Positions 46,919 to 56,100 of a DNA stretch of 64,000 bases are shown one piece after another. Source of the DNA: Rhodoferax sp. (GTDB taxonomy: Bacteria > Pseudomonadota > Gammaproteobacteria > Burkholderiales > Burkholderiaceae_C). The translations under genes and the position numbers were made by a program. Each line of letters begins with the position of its first letter. Position 1 is the stretch's first letter. The stretch spans positions 11,715-75,714 of the forward strand of contig JBAQDE010000023.1 in assembly GCA_049294595.1 (NCBI GenBank), given 5' to 3'. Below the pieces are notes generated by a model, which ran no database searches, was not told where the DNA came from, and worked only from the letters and a program-made list of their open reading frames with translations.

Positions 46919-47049
46919 CACTTAGCGCTCAAACTTCGCGCACAACGCAATGTGTTGGGACTAGAATTTGTCCGTAACCGTCGGTCCGAGCGGTCGTTGG
47001 CCTCGTTCCCATGTGGTGGGAAGTGCTTCTTCATTAAAAGGTGACTACT

Positions 47050-47433
47050 ATGAAACAAAACCAAGGTGGTTTTACGCTGATCGAGTTGGTGATGGTAATT
47101 GTGATTTTGGGCGTGCTGGCGGCTGTCGCGCTGCCCAAGTTTGTGGATTTGAAGGGAGATGCCGTCAAGGCCGCGACTGATGGTGTGGCCGGCGCCTTGT
47201 CCGCAGCGTCCACTATCAACTACGCTTCTAGAAGCATCAGTTCCACTAAGGCGGGTACTAGTGCGATTGCAAATTGCACGGACGTTGCCAATATTTTGCA
47301 GGGTGGTTTGCCGACCGGGTATTCCATCACGGGTGCCACTGTTGCGTCCACAACCAGCGTCAGCTGCGTTGTTGCTAATACGACAGTTTCGCCAGCGGTG
47401 TCCGCTAACTTCACAGCAATCGGTATCACCTGA
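47050..47433 (+). CDS. mshA: Major type IV pilin, MSHA type
   Basis: MKQNQG|FTLIELVMVIVILGVLAAVALPKF has a prepilin class III signal (G-1, F+1, E+5). Ser/Thr-rich C-terminal half with two Cys. Followed by a strong terminator. Confidence 0.85.
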   Translation: MKQNQGGFTLIELVMVIVILGVLAAVALPKFVDLKGDAVKAATDGVAGALSAASTINYASRSISSTKAGTSAIANCTDVANILQGGLPTGYSITGATVASTTSVSCVVANTTVSPAVSANFTAIGIT

Positions 47434-47486
47434 TTTTCTGGATGGCTATGCAGTGTTTGTGAGCTGACTCCTGCAGTCAGATGATC

Positions 47487-47520
47487 TGGGTTGCTGTGTA
47501 TTCAGCAACCCAATTTTTTT
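47487..47520 (+). terminator. Rho-independent terminator after the pilin gene
   Basis: TGGGTTGCTG-tgtatt-CAGCAACCCA followed by ATTTTTTT. Confidence 0.85.
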
Positions 47521-47532
47521 GGGGAAATCACG

Positions 47533-47814
47533 GTGAGTCGATATTCCGAAGCCACGCTAGCACTTGAATCTGCCTTTCTGGCCGTCATACCCAAGCCGAA
47601 GAAGAACAAGGCCCCCAGCAAGGCTGAATGGGCGCAGGCGCTGGACAAATTTAATGCACAGGCCCGAGAGGTCCGCGCGCAGTACCGGTTGGGCTTGATC
47701 GGTCGTGCGGTCGTGGCGTACCGACTGCAGCCACGGCTGCTCGCCACTGGCTGCGGGCCAGACGTGGTGCGCCAAATCCTCTTCTCGATGGTGCTCCACG
47801 CGTTTGTGGGTTAA
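47533..47814 (+). CDS. Hypothetical 93-aa protein
   Basis: In-frame GTG 47533 just after the terminator. The ORF-track start 47491 lies inside the terminator stem. No family recognised. Confidence 0.4.
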   Translation: MSRYSEATLALESAFLAVIPKPKKNKAPSKAEWAQALDKFNAQAREVRAQYRLGLIGRAVVAYRLQPRLLATGCGPDVVRQILFSMVLHAFVG

Positions 47815-47825
47815 AGGCGGTCTGA

Positions 47826-48566
47826 GTGGCTTGGGTTGAACATCTATGCAATCAGTGGCTGGAGCGCTTTCGTAGCAGACACGGCTTGCCAACGGCTCAA
47901 GTTGCTGCGCAAGGCCCTGTCGAGGCTTCCCCATTCAACTGGCACACCCCGTTGGGGAAGCGCAGCTTTTTGCATGTAGGCTGCGGCGGTTCCACCAAGC
48001 AGCATGCAGCACCCGGTTTTCAGGGTGAAGACTGGATGGAAATTCGTCTGGACATGGACGCGGCTGTAGCACCTGACATTGTTGCCAGCATGACGGACAT
48101 GGCGGTGGTTCCGGATGCGGCGGTTGATGCCATATATTCGTCCCACAACATTGAACACCTGTACGCGCACGAAGTACCTTTTGCGTTTGCAGAGTTCCAT
48201 CGGGTGCTCAAGCCGGATGGATTTCTGGTTTTGACGTGCCCGGACCTGCGATCCATTTGCAGCCTGGTTGTGGATGACAAGCTTGACGCGCCGGCCTACC
48301 TGACCGTCAGCGGAGAACCGATCACCCCTCTGGATGTGCTGTATGGACATCGTCGGGTCATGGCCGAAGGCAATCTGTTCATGGCCCACCGTTTCGGCTT
48401 TACCCAGCGCACCCTGATGGAAGCAGCCAGGAGTGCCGGCTTCAAGATCGGGCGCAGCGTCCAACGGTCATCTCAGTTCGATCTGTGGTTACTGGCCTTC
48501 AAGGACGAAGTGAACATGGACCACCTCATGCAGCAGGCGCGGGCATTCTTGCCGGTGCAAGAGTAG
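47826..48566 (+). CDS. Class I SAM-dependent methyltransferase (Methyltransf_11-like)
   Basis: FLHVGCGG (motif I), DAIYSSHNIEHL, LKPDGFLVLTCPD. Start GTG 47826 is uncertain. Confidence 0.7.
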   Translation: MAWVEHLCNQWLERFRSRHGLPTAQVAAQGPVEASPFNWHTPLGKRSFLHVGCGGSTKQHAAPGFQGEDWMEIRLDMDAAVAPDIVASMTDMAVVPDAAVDAIYSSHNIEHLYAHEVPFAFAEFHRVLKPDGFLVLTCPDLRSICSLVVDDKLDAPAYLTVSGEPITPLDVLYGHRRVMAEGNLFMAHRFGFTQRTLMEAARSAGFKIGRSVQRSSQFDLWLLAFKDEVNMDHLMQQARAFLPVQE

Positions 48567-48578
48567 CTGCAGACGAAC

Positions 48579-50843
48579 ATGCTCAAATTGATCAGACGCT
48601 GGTGCATCGGCTGGTTGGATCGGCGAGGTCTGCATTCCATTGCCGCAGTGCTGGAAACTCGTGCGGCGCAGGCGGGGGACGTGGATGCCATGCACGCAGC
48701 GGCCAAGCGAGCGTTGCTGCAAGGCAAACATGCAGCGGCGCTGATCGCCATTGAGCCTGCGTTGTTGAAGCAGCCAGGCATTGCGGCGCTGTGGTGTACG
48801 CGGGGCATTGCCCACCGGTTGGCGTTGTCTTATGACAAAGCGCTTGCCGATTACGAACATGCGCACCAATTGGATCCAAAGGACGTACGTACGCTGGGCA
48901 ATCTTGGTGAGTGGTGTCTGGCGCGCAATGCATTTGCACAGGCCTTGGTCTGGTTGGACACAGCCTTGGCGCTGGACCCGCATTACTATGAAGTGCGGGT
49001 GAACCGTGTGGCGGCTCTCATCGAACTACGCAAACTGGAACAGGCACGCATCGAGGCAGAGCGCCTCGTGCAAGACTACCCCACCCGGCCCGAGCCGTAT
49101 GGAAATTTAGGCAACGTGCTGTACTCCGGGGGGAAACTCAAGGAGGCGATTGCGCAGTACAAAAGGGCCGTGGAGATACGCCCGGACTATGCCGAAGCGC
49201 ATTTCAGCCTGGTTGCGTTGCAGGGATTCTCTGGTCATCAGGAATTGGTGGTGGATTACCTGGAGCGCTGCATTGAAGAAAAAGGGGAAACCAGCCAGCG
49301 GTTGACTCTACTGGCCGTTGCGCACAAAGAGTGCGGCCATCTTGAAAAGGCCATTGCTATGAGCCGCAGGGTCATGGAGATCTATCCAGAAGATCTGCGT
49401 GGCAAAGTGAACCTCGCTGGATGCCTGAGTGAAACAGGCAACCCGAAGCAAGCCATGGATATTTACGATGGCATCTCTGGCATGGATGTCAGCCAGATGG
49501 CCATGGCGTCAAACGTCCTGTTTGAAATGAACTATCTGCCCGAGCTGTCGCGCGAGGAAGTTTTCCTGCGCCACCTGGATTGGGCCGCCAAGTATGAGGC
49601 CCCATTGCTCTTGCCAGCGCAATTTGACAATCGCAACCGTGATCCGCACCGCAGATTGAAAGTGGGATACGTCTCTGCAGATCTTTGCGCCCATCCGGTT
49701 GGGTTTCTGTTGGGAGACGTATTGCGTCGGCACGACAAGGCGCAGTTTGAGTTCCACTGCTTCTCTGCGGGACTGAAGAAAGATGCCACTACCAGTCAAA
49801 TTGCTGCTGCGGTGGATACCTGGTCTGAGGTGGCCTTTGAAACTCCGCAGGAATTGGCAACCCGCATTCGTGAGGCGCAAGTGGATGTGTTGGTGGATCT
49901 GTCTGGACACACCGGCAATCACCGTTTGCAAACCTTCGCTTTGCATCCAGCTCCCGTGCAGGCCACCTGGATTGGATACTTCAACACGACGGGCATGTCC
50001 TGCATGGACTATTTCATTACCGACCCGCACACTAGTCCAACCGGCAGTGGGCAGTTATTCACCGAACATGCGCTGCACTTGCCGCATACGCGCTTTTGCT
50101 TCGACGCCCCGGCCTACGCTGGCGACGTGGCGCCAGCGCCTGTGCTGAAAAATGGCTTTGTGACATTTGGCTCGTTCAACCGGCTGCCCAAGTTGTCGCC
50201 ACAAGTGTTGGATGCCTGGGCCCGGATACTGCTCGCCGTGCCGTCAAGCCGCCTGCTTCTGAAAGCGGCTGCATTGGCCGACGACAGCGTTTGCCAACAG
50301 TTCGTGGAGCGCTTGGCCGGGCGCGGCATTGATGCCGGGCGTCTCGAACTGCGTGGCGCGTCCGTACACCATGAAATGTTTGAAGAATATGGGCACCTGG
50401 ATATTGCCCTGGATCCGTTTCCCTTCAATGGCGGGATGACTACTCTGGAGGCCCTTTGGATGGGGGTTCCGGTGGTCGCGCTGGAGGGCAACTCCGTGGT
50501 GTCACGCCAGTCCTACTCGGCGTTGGCAAATCTTGGGTTGGCTGACGAGCTGGCATTTCCCGACGTCGATGCCTATGTGGCTGGCGCAATTGCCCTGGCC
50601 GCCAATCCTGCGCGGCTGGCAGAGTTGCGTAGCCAAATCCGACCGCGCATGCAGGGCAGCGCGCTGTGCCAGCCGAACCAGTTCACCCGCGATCTGGAAG
50701 CACTGTATCGCCGCATGTGGCAGGCTTGGTGCAAGGGGGGGAAACTGCCCGCGGATGTGAACACCAGTTGGCCCCGGCGGATGCCTGGCAGCGCAAGTGC
50801 AGGCGAAGGGGGTTCTGTTCATGTACGGGACGTTGCTGGATAA
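48579..50843 (+). CDS. TPR-repeat protein fused to a GT41 (O-GlcNAc transferase / SPINDLY-like) glycosyltransferase domain
   Basis: N-terminal TPRs, then GT41 blocks: LKVGYVSADLCAHPVG, DVLVDLSGHTGNHR, PAPVQATWIGYFNTTG, LPHTRFCF, VTFGSFNRLPKLSPQVLDAWARIL, DIALDPFPFNGGMTTLEALWMGVPVV. Confidence 0.8.
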   Translation: MLKLIRRWCIGWLDRRGLHSIAAVLETRAAQAGDVDAMHAAAKRALLQGKHAAALIAIEPALLKQPGIAALWCTRGIAHRLALSYDKALADYEHAHQLDPKDVRTLGNLGEWCLARNAFAQALVWLDTALALDPHYYEVRVNRVAALIELRKLEQARIEAERLVQDYPTRPEPYGNLGNVLYSGGKLKEAIAQYKRAVEIRPDYAEAHFSLVALQGFSGHQELVVDYLERCIEEKGETSQRLTLLAVAHKECGHLEKAIAMSRRVMEIYPEDLRGKVNLAGCLSETGNPKQAMDIYDGISGMDVSQMAMASNVLFEMNYLPELSREEVFLRHLDWAAKYEAPLLLPAQFDNRNRDPHRRLKVGYVSADLCAHPVGFLLGDVLRRHDKAQFEFHCFSAGLKKDATTSQIAAAVDTWSEVAFETPQELATRIREAQVDVLVDLSGHTGNHRLQTFALHPAPVQATWIGYFNTTGMSCMDYFITDPHTSPTGSGQLFTEHALHLPHTRFCFDAPAYAGDVAPAPVLKNGFVTFGSFNRLPKLSPQVLDAWARILLAVPSSRLLLKAAALADDSVCQQFVERLAGRGIDAGRLELRGASVHHEMFEEYGHLDIALDPFPFNGGMTTLEALWMGVPVVALEGNSVVSRQSYSALANLGLADELAFPDVDAYVAGAIALAANPARLAELRSQIRPRMQGSALCQPNQFTRDLEALYRRMWQAWCKGGKLPADVNTSWPRRMPGSASAGEGGSVHVRDVAG

Positions 50844-50899
50844 TGCAATGTGCAGGCCAGTGCCAAACCTCGGTCCACCGGAATGCTTTTTCGGGAAAT

Positions 50900-50953
50900 T
50901 TCACTTTGGCCCTCGTGGTTGTTGTGTTTATAGCTATTAAAATGATAGCGACT
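50900..50953 (+). repeat. Interspersed bipartite repeat, copy upstream of the minor-pilin operon
   Basis: GCCCTCGTGG (50909-50918), 13 nt, AGCTATTAAAATGATAGCGACT (50932-50953). Confidence 0.8.
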
Positions 50954-50966
50954 GAATGGGTTCTGC

Positions 50967-51497
50967 ATGCCAAACGTTAGTCCATGTCTCTCGCGCTGCT
51001 CCGCGCCTCTGCGAACACGGCAAGAGTTGCGCGGGTTCACGCTGATTGAGCTGATCATGGTCATCATCATTCTGGGCGTGTTGGCGGTGTTCGCCGCGCC
51101 CAGAATGTTTGACAAGAACGATGCCTATGCGCGGGGCTTTCACGATGAAACACTGGGTTATCTGCGTTATGCGCAAAAAACCGCCATTGCGCAACGCCGC
51201 ACTGTCTGTGTGACCTTTGGCGGGAGTAACTCCATAACGCTGACGATTGCTGCCAATGCGGCCACCTTTGACTGCTCCACGGCCGGCTCCTTGAATGGAC
51301 CCAAAGGCGCGGCCCCAGTCGTCTTGACGGCAAGGCCTGGTGTTGCGTACGCGGCGGCACCGACCAGTTTCAACTTCAATGGATTGGGTCAACCCATCAC
51401 CAGTTTGGGTGCTTCCCAGGCCACGCAAACAATGCAGGTTGCTGGTGTTGACCGCACGATCACCGTCGAGACCTCCACGGGGTATGTCCATGAATAG
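50967..51497 (+). CDS. Minor pilin, GspH/FimT-like (prepilin N-terminal methylation motif)
   Basis: ...LRG|FTLIELIMVIIILGVLAVFAAP. From ATG 50967 the leader is unusually long; in-frame TTG 51027 would give MRGFTLIEL. Confidence 0.75.
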   Translation: MPNVSPCLSRCSAPLRTRQELRGFTLIELIMVIIILGVLAVFAAPRMFDKNDAYARGFHDETLGYLRYAQKTAIAQRRTVCVTFGGSNSITLTIAANAATFDCSTAGSLNGPKGAAPVVLTARPGVAYAAAPTSFNFNGLGQPITSLGASQATQTMQVAGVDRTITVETSTGYVHE

Positions 51498-51921
51498 CCC
51501 GTTGCAGCGCGGTTTCACCCTGATTGAAGTCATCATCTTCATTGTGGTGGTAGGCGCAGGGCTGGCGGGGATTCTTGCGGTGTCGACCAATTCTGTCAAA
51601 GCCAGCGCTGACCCCATGGTGCGCAAACAGGCCATGGCACTGGCGGACTCGATTCTGGAAGAAATTTTGCAGAAGGAGTACACCGATCCGGACGGCACCA
51701 GCGGTGAGACCACCCGGGACACCATGGACGATGTGGATGACTACAACGGCAAGACCAAAGCGCTCTTTGCCGACTGGCCGGCCAGCCTGAGCGCATACAC
51801 CGTTGCCATCGTGGTGGAGGCGCCGGCGAATATCAGTGGCATCCCGCACAAGCGGGTCACCGTGACCGTGACAGGTGGATCACACGAGATCGCCATGACC
51901 GGATACCGAAGCAACTACTGA
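51490..51921 (+). CDS. Minor pilin (MshD-like)
   Basis: MNSPLQRG|FTLIEVIIFIVVVGAGLAGIL. Start ATG 51490 or 51484, overlapping the upstream stop. Confidence 0.75.
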   Translation: MNSPLQRGFTLIEVIIFIVVVGAGLAGILAVSTNSVKASADPMVRKQAMALADSILEEILQKEYTDPDGTSGETTRDTMDDVDDYNGKTKALFADWPASLSAYTVAIVVEAPANISGIPHKRVTVTVTGGSHEIAMTGYRSNY

Positions 51922-51925
51922 CGAT

Positions 51926-52744
51926 ATGACCCAGCGGCACACACAATCCGGATTCACCTTGGTCGAGCTGATCATGGTCATTGTGATCATGGGCGTGATC
52001 GGTGGTGCTGTTGCGGTGTTCATGAAAAGTCCCATAGACGCCTACTTTGACACCACGCGGCGGGCTGGCATTGCCGACGTGGCCGACACGACCGTTCGGC
52101 GCATGGCGCGCGACATCCGCAAGGCGTTGCCCAACAGCATCCGCCTGGGGGGCACAGGCGGAAATCAGTGCATTGAGTTCATCCCCACCCGAATGGGCGG
52201 GCGCTATCGTGTCGAAGAGATTGTGGCGGGGGATGGCACCAGCCTGGACTTCTCGACGACCGACACGACTTTCAACATGCTGGGTCAGAACACAGGCCTG
52301 CCCGCGGATCAGCAGATTCGCGCGAATGACGAGGTTGCCATCTACAACCTGGGAATTCCCGGCGCGGATGCTTATGCCGGCGACAACACAGCGGTGGTTT
52401 CCGGGGTGGTGGACGGCATGGAAACGAGTGTGACCATCGCAGCCACACGGTTTCCGCTGGCATCCGGTGCCAACCGATTCCATGTGATTCCGGGGGACGA
52501 GACCATCGTGTCGTATATGTGCGCGGGTGGCCGGCTGTTTCGCAATGCCGGCTATGCCTACAGTCCGTCTTGTCCGACGCCGACTGCGGGGACTACGCCC
52601 ATCATTGCCACGGAAGCGACCTGCAACTTTGCGTACAGTGCGGCCGACATCCGCAACGCCTTGGTGCAGTTGTCCCTGACGTTCACCAACTCCGGCGAGT
52701 CGGTCAGCATCTACCACGAAGTGCACGTGAACAACACACCATGA
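51926..52744 (+). CDS. mshO: Pilin-like MSHA biogenesis protein (MshO-like)
   Basis: MTQRHTQSG|FTLVELIMVIVIMGVIGG. 272 aa, in the position expected after the MshD-like gene. Confidence 0.65.
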   Translation: MTQRHTQSGFTLVELIMVIVIMGVIGGAVAVFMKSPIDAYFDTTRRAGIADVADTTVRRMARDIRKALPNSIRLGGTGGNQCIEFIPTRMGGRYRVEEIVAGDGTSLDFSTTDTTFNMLGQNTGLPADQQIRANDEVAIYNLGIPGADAYAGDNTAVVSGVVDGMETSVTIAATRFPLASGANRFHVIPGDETIVSYMCAGGRLFRNAGYAYSPSCPTPTAGTTPIIATEATCNFAYSAADIRNALVQLSLTFTNSGESVSIYHEVHVNNTP

Positions 52745-53142
52745 AGCACCAGCGTTCAGCCCAACGCGGATTTGCCGCCATCGCCGCCGTGTTCCTGGTG
52801 GTCTTGCTGGCTGCGTTTGGTGCATTCATGGTGAGCTTTTCCAATACCCAGCAATTGAACTCGGCACAGGATGTTCAGGGGTCGCGGGCCTATTGGGCGG
52901 CGCGTGCTGGGTTGGAATGGGCCATCGCCAGCCAAGGGGTGGGAACGACGACGTGTTTTGGTGGGGCTACGCCGCCTACCGCCCTGGAGGGCTTCACGTT
53001 GGCTGTTGCCTGTGTACCTTCGAGCTTCACGGAAGGTGTTTCAACAGTCTATGTATTTAGGATGACCTCTGTGGCCTCGGTGGGTACTGTTGGCAGCGTC
53101 GGTTTTATTGAGCGCAGCGTTACTGCATCATTGGAACGTTGA
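52741..53142 (+). CDS. mshP: MshP-like pilus biogenesis protein
   Basis: ATG 52741 overlaps the upstream stop (ATGA). MKHQRSAQRGFAAIAAVFLVVLLAAFGAF; 133 aa. Confidence 0.6.
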   Translation: MKHQRSAQRGFAAIAAVFLVVLLAAFGAFMVSFSNTQQLNSAQDVQGSRAYWAARAGLEWAIASQGVGTTTCFGGATPPTALEGFTLAVACVPSSFTEGVSTVYVFRMTSVASVGTVGSVGFIERSVTASLER

Positions 53143-53156
53143 ATGGGGAGCTTGCA

Positions 53157-56100
53157 ATGAATGCATTTCTTGATACGTTCCTGGGCCGAGCCATTGGCAG
53201 GTTTGCAGGAACACTAGTGCTTTCTGCAATGGGCCTTTTGGGATTTGCAGAAACCGCCCATGCGGCGAGAACCATTGACGCGGTGACACTGAACAATGCA
53301 TCCAGTGTTTCAGTTGCGCCGGGCGATTTCGTGACACTGGTGATTGATGTGACAACGTCTGGGGGGGGCACTGCCAACGACTGGAGAAGTACGGGTTGGT
53401 TGATTTCAGCCACACCGCCTGGCACGTTGACATGCTGGAACCACGGCAATTTCACGTCGGCGGGCAGCTACAGCGCCAACACAACCATTCAGGTTCCGAT
53501 GGCACCCGGAACCTACAACGCCTATTTCGTGGCCTACGATAACGACGGCTGTAGTACCGGGGCCAGTCCCACTGCAGTCCTGGCCAGTGGCGTCATCGTG
53601 GTGGCGCCGGCCATTGTGATTGACTCGGTGACATTGGATGGTGCAGCCAATGTCACCGTTGGAGCGGGTCAAACCATTTCTGCTGTGGTCAACGTCACCA
53701 CCAATTCCAGCTCGCCGGGGTACCAGTGGCGGTCAACGGGTTGGCGCATTTCTACCACCGCACCGGGTGCACTGACTTGCGTCAACCACGCCAACCATGA
53801 AGCGGGAGGCACCTTTAACGAGACCTTTAGCGTTACGGCTCCCGCCACCTCAGGTACGTACAACGCCTACTTCATCGCTTACAACGACGACAGCTGCGGG
53901 TCCGGTCCCAGCGCGACGGCGACCTTGCCCGGCGCTGTCACCATTCCATCCCTCACCGAATTCAACTCCACCGGTGGCAACACGGCCACCAACGGGCTGC
54001 ACTTCTACCTGGAGGACACAACAAAAATCCAGGTCCGTCGACTCAATAACACGGGGCAGGTTTACGCGGCGGGTGCGATTCCACCCAGCAACAGTCTGGA
54101 CAACGGTGTGTTCATCCGCGCAAACGGTCTGGTCTATGGACCCAGTCACACCGTCACCACGTTCAATCCCACCGGGGGCATGTACGACACCTATTCGATC
54201 ACACCCGCAACCCCTCCCAATCCATCTTCGGCCGGTGTTCAGCAGACTGCCACGGGCACTTTTGGTGTAACTGCCGGCCCCCAGGTTTCGGTGTTGTGGA
54301 AGTACACCACGCCGTTGGACTTCCTGACCGCAGAGGTGACGCTGACAATTCCCACGGGCTACACCGTCAGTGCCGCAAATCCGGTCCGCTATTACCACGT
54401 GTTTGACACCTTCCTCGGTGGCAGTGACAACGGTTGCGGGTTCACGTTCATCGATGCCAATGGCAAGCGCATCGTCGGCACCTACCAGCCCACGTCGGGC
54501 ACCTGCACTTCGTCAACCAGCATCCCTGCGGGTGTCAATGTGGTGGAGTCCTTTCGCGAGCGTAGCGGGCTGTCTTTTTCCAATTATTGTGCTTCGGGGT
54601 GGCAGAGCTTCTTCGTCAATGGCTCCACCAATTGCTCCGTCCTGCAATCGGCGGCGATGAGCAATGCAATCACGACAACCTATATTGATACGGGTATTGG
54701 TATCGAGCGGGATTTCACCGCCCCGGGAACCTACACGTTCAGTTACGACTTCGTCATTGGCTCACCCAATGTGCCGCCCTACGATCACCTGGAGATCCGT
54801 CACGATGGATCGGGTTCGCTGTGCCCGGAGACCGTAACGGTCTTGGCCTGTACTTCGTCCACCGTGCCATGTCCGGCGCTCAGCATTGTCAATACCGGCA
54901 CCCTGACCGGCACCCTGACCACCTCTCCGGCGGCGCCTGCCATCACCAAGACGCCGACGCCCTTTTCCGTCGGCAGTGCGAACTCCACCCAGGGCGTTAT
55001 CTTGCAGGCATCGGGCTCTGGCACCGTCACGCTAGGCACCACGGGCCTGAGTACCACGCCGTTGAATGGAACCAAGTGCTGGAATACCACCACTCTGAGC
55101 CAAAGCTGCTCGCTGGATTTCGCCAACACGCCGTGTGTGGGTGGCTACGAGTGCCTGGAAACCAGTGCAACGTATAAGAACCGGGTGACCACGCCCACGG
55201 ATCGCAATCCGCTGTACACCAAGCTCAGCGGAACCAATTTCAAGTTTGATGTGGTCGCCTTGCAAAGCAGCGGCGATGTTGCCTCCACCTACACGGCGTC
55301 CGGCAATGTGACGGTGGAGTTGTTTGATGACAGTGCCTCGCCCACCCCTGCCTGCAGCGCCTACACGGGTGCGTTGGCCAGCCAGTCCATTACCTTCGCA
55401 GCAGGTGATTCGGGGCGCAAGACATTGAGTGCGAATTTCAATTTGGCCAATGCCTATTCCAAGGTGCGCTGCCGGGTGACCGATACCAATATTTCGCCCA
55501 CCCTTTATGGCTGTTCGTCGGATGACTTTGCCGTGCGACCCACGCAGTTCACCGTGACGACCCCCACCCTGACCAATGCGACGCGCGCGGGAACACCCAA
55601 GGCGGTAGCTGGTACGGCATTCACCCTGGACGCAGCAGCCGGAGTTGCGTCTGGCTACACCGGAACGCCTGCTCTGGTCCCCACCAAGGTGCAGGACCAT
55701 GCCAATGTGGACATCGCCACGGGCACGTTGTCGGGCAGTTTCTCTGCCGGAACCGGACCCAAGGCCAGCGGTGCGGCCTTCAAGTACCTGGACGTGGGCA
55801 ACATCAAGCTGTTGGCGGATGCCGTGGTGGACAGCGGGTTCACCAGTGTGGACCAGGTTGGGGACTGCATTGCCAACAGCACGTCCAATACGCTGTCGGG
55901 CGAGAAATACGGCTGCGACATCGGCAGTGCGGCTTCGGCCACGATGGGCCGCTGGTACCCCAGCCACTACTCCTTTGCCGGCAGCCTCACGCCTGCCTGC
56001 GCACTGGGGGGCTTCACCTACATGGATCAGGATGCGCTGGGCGTCGCTCTGACCCTGAAGGCGCATGCATCGATTGGCGGCACGGCTGCAGCGACCGATC

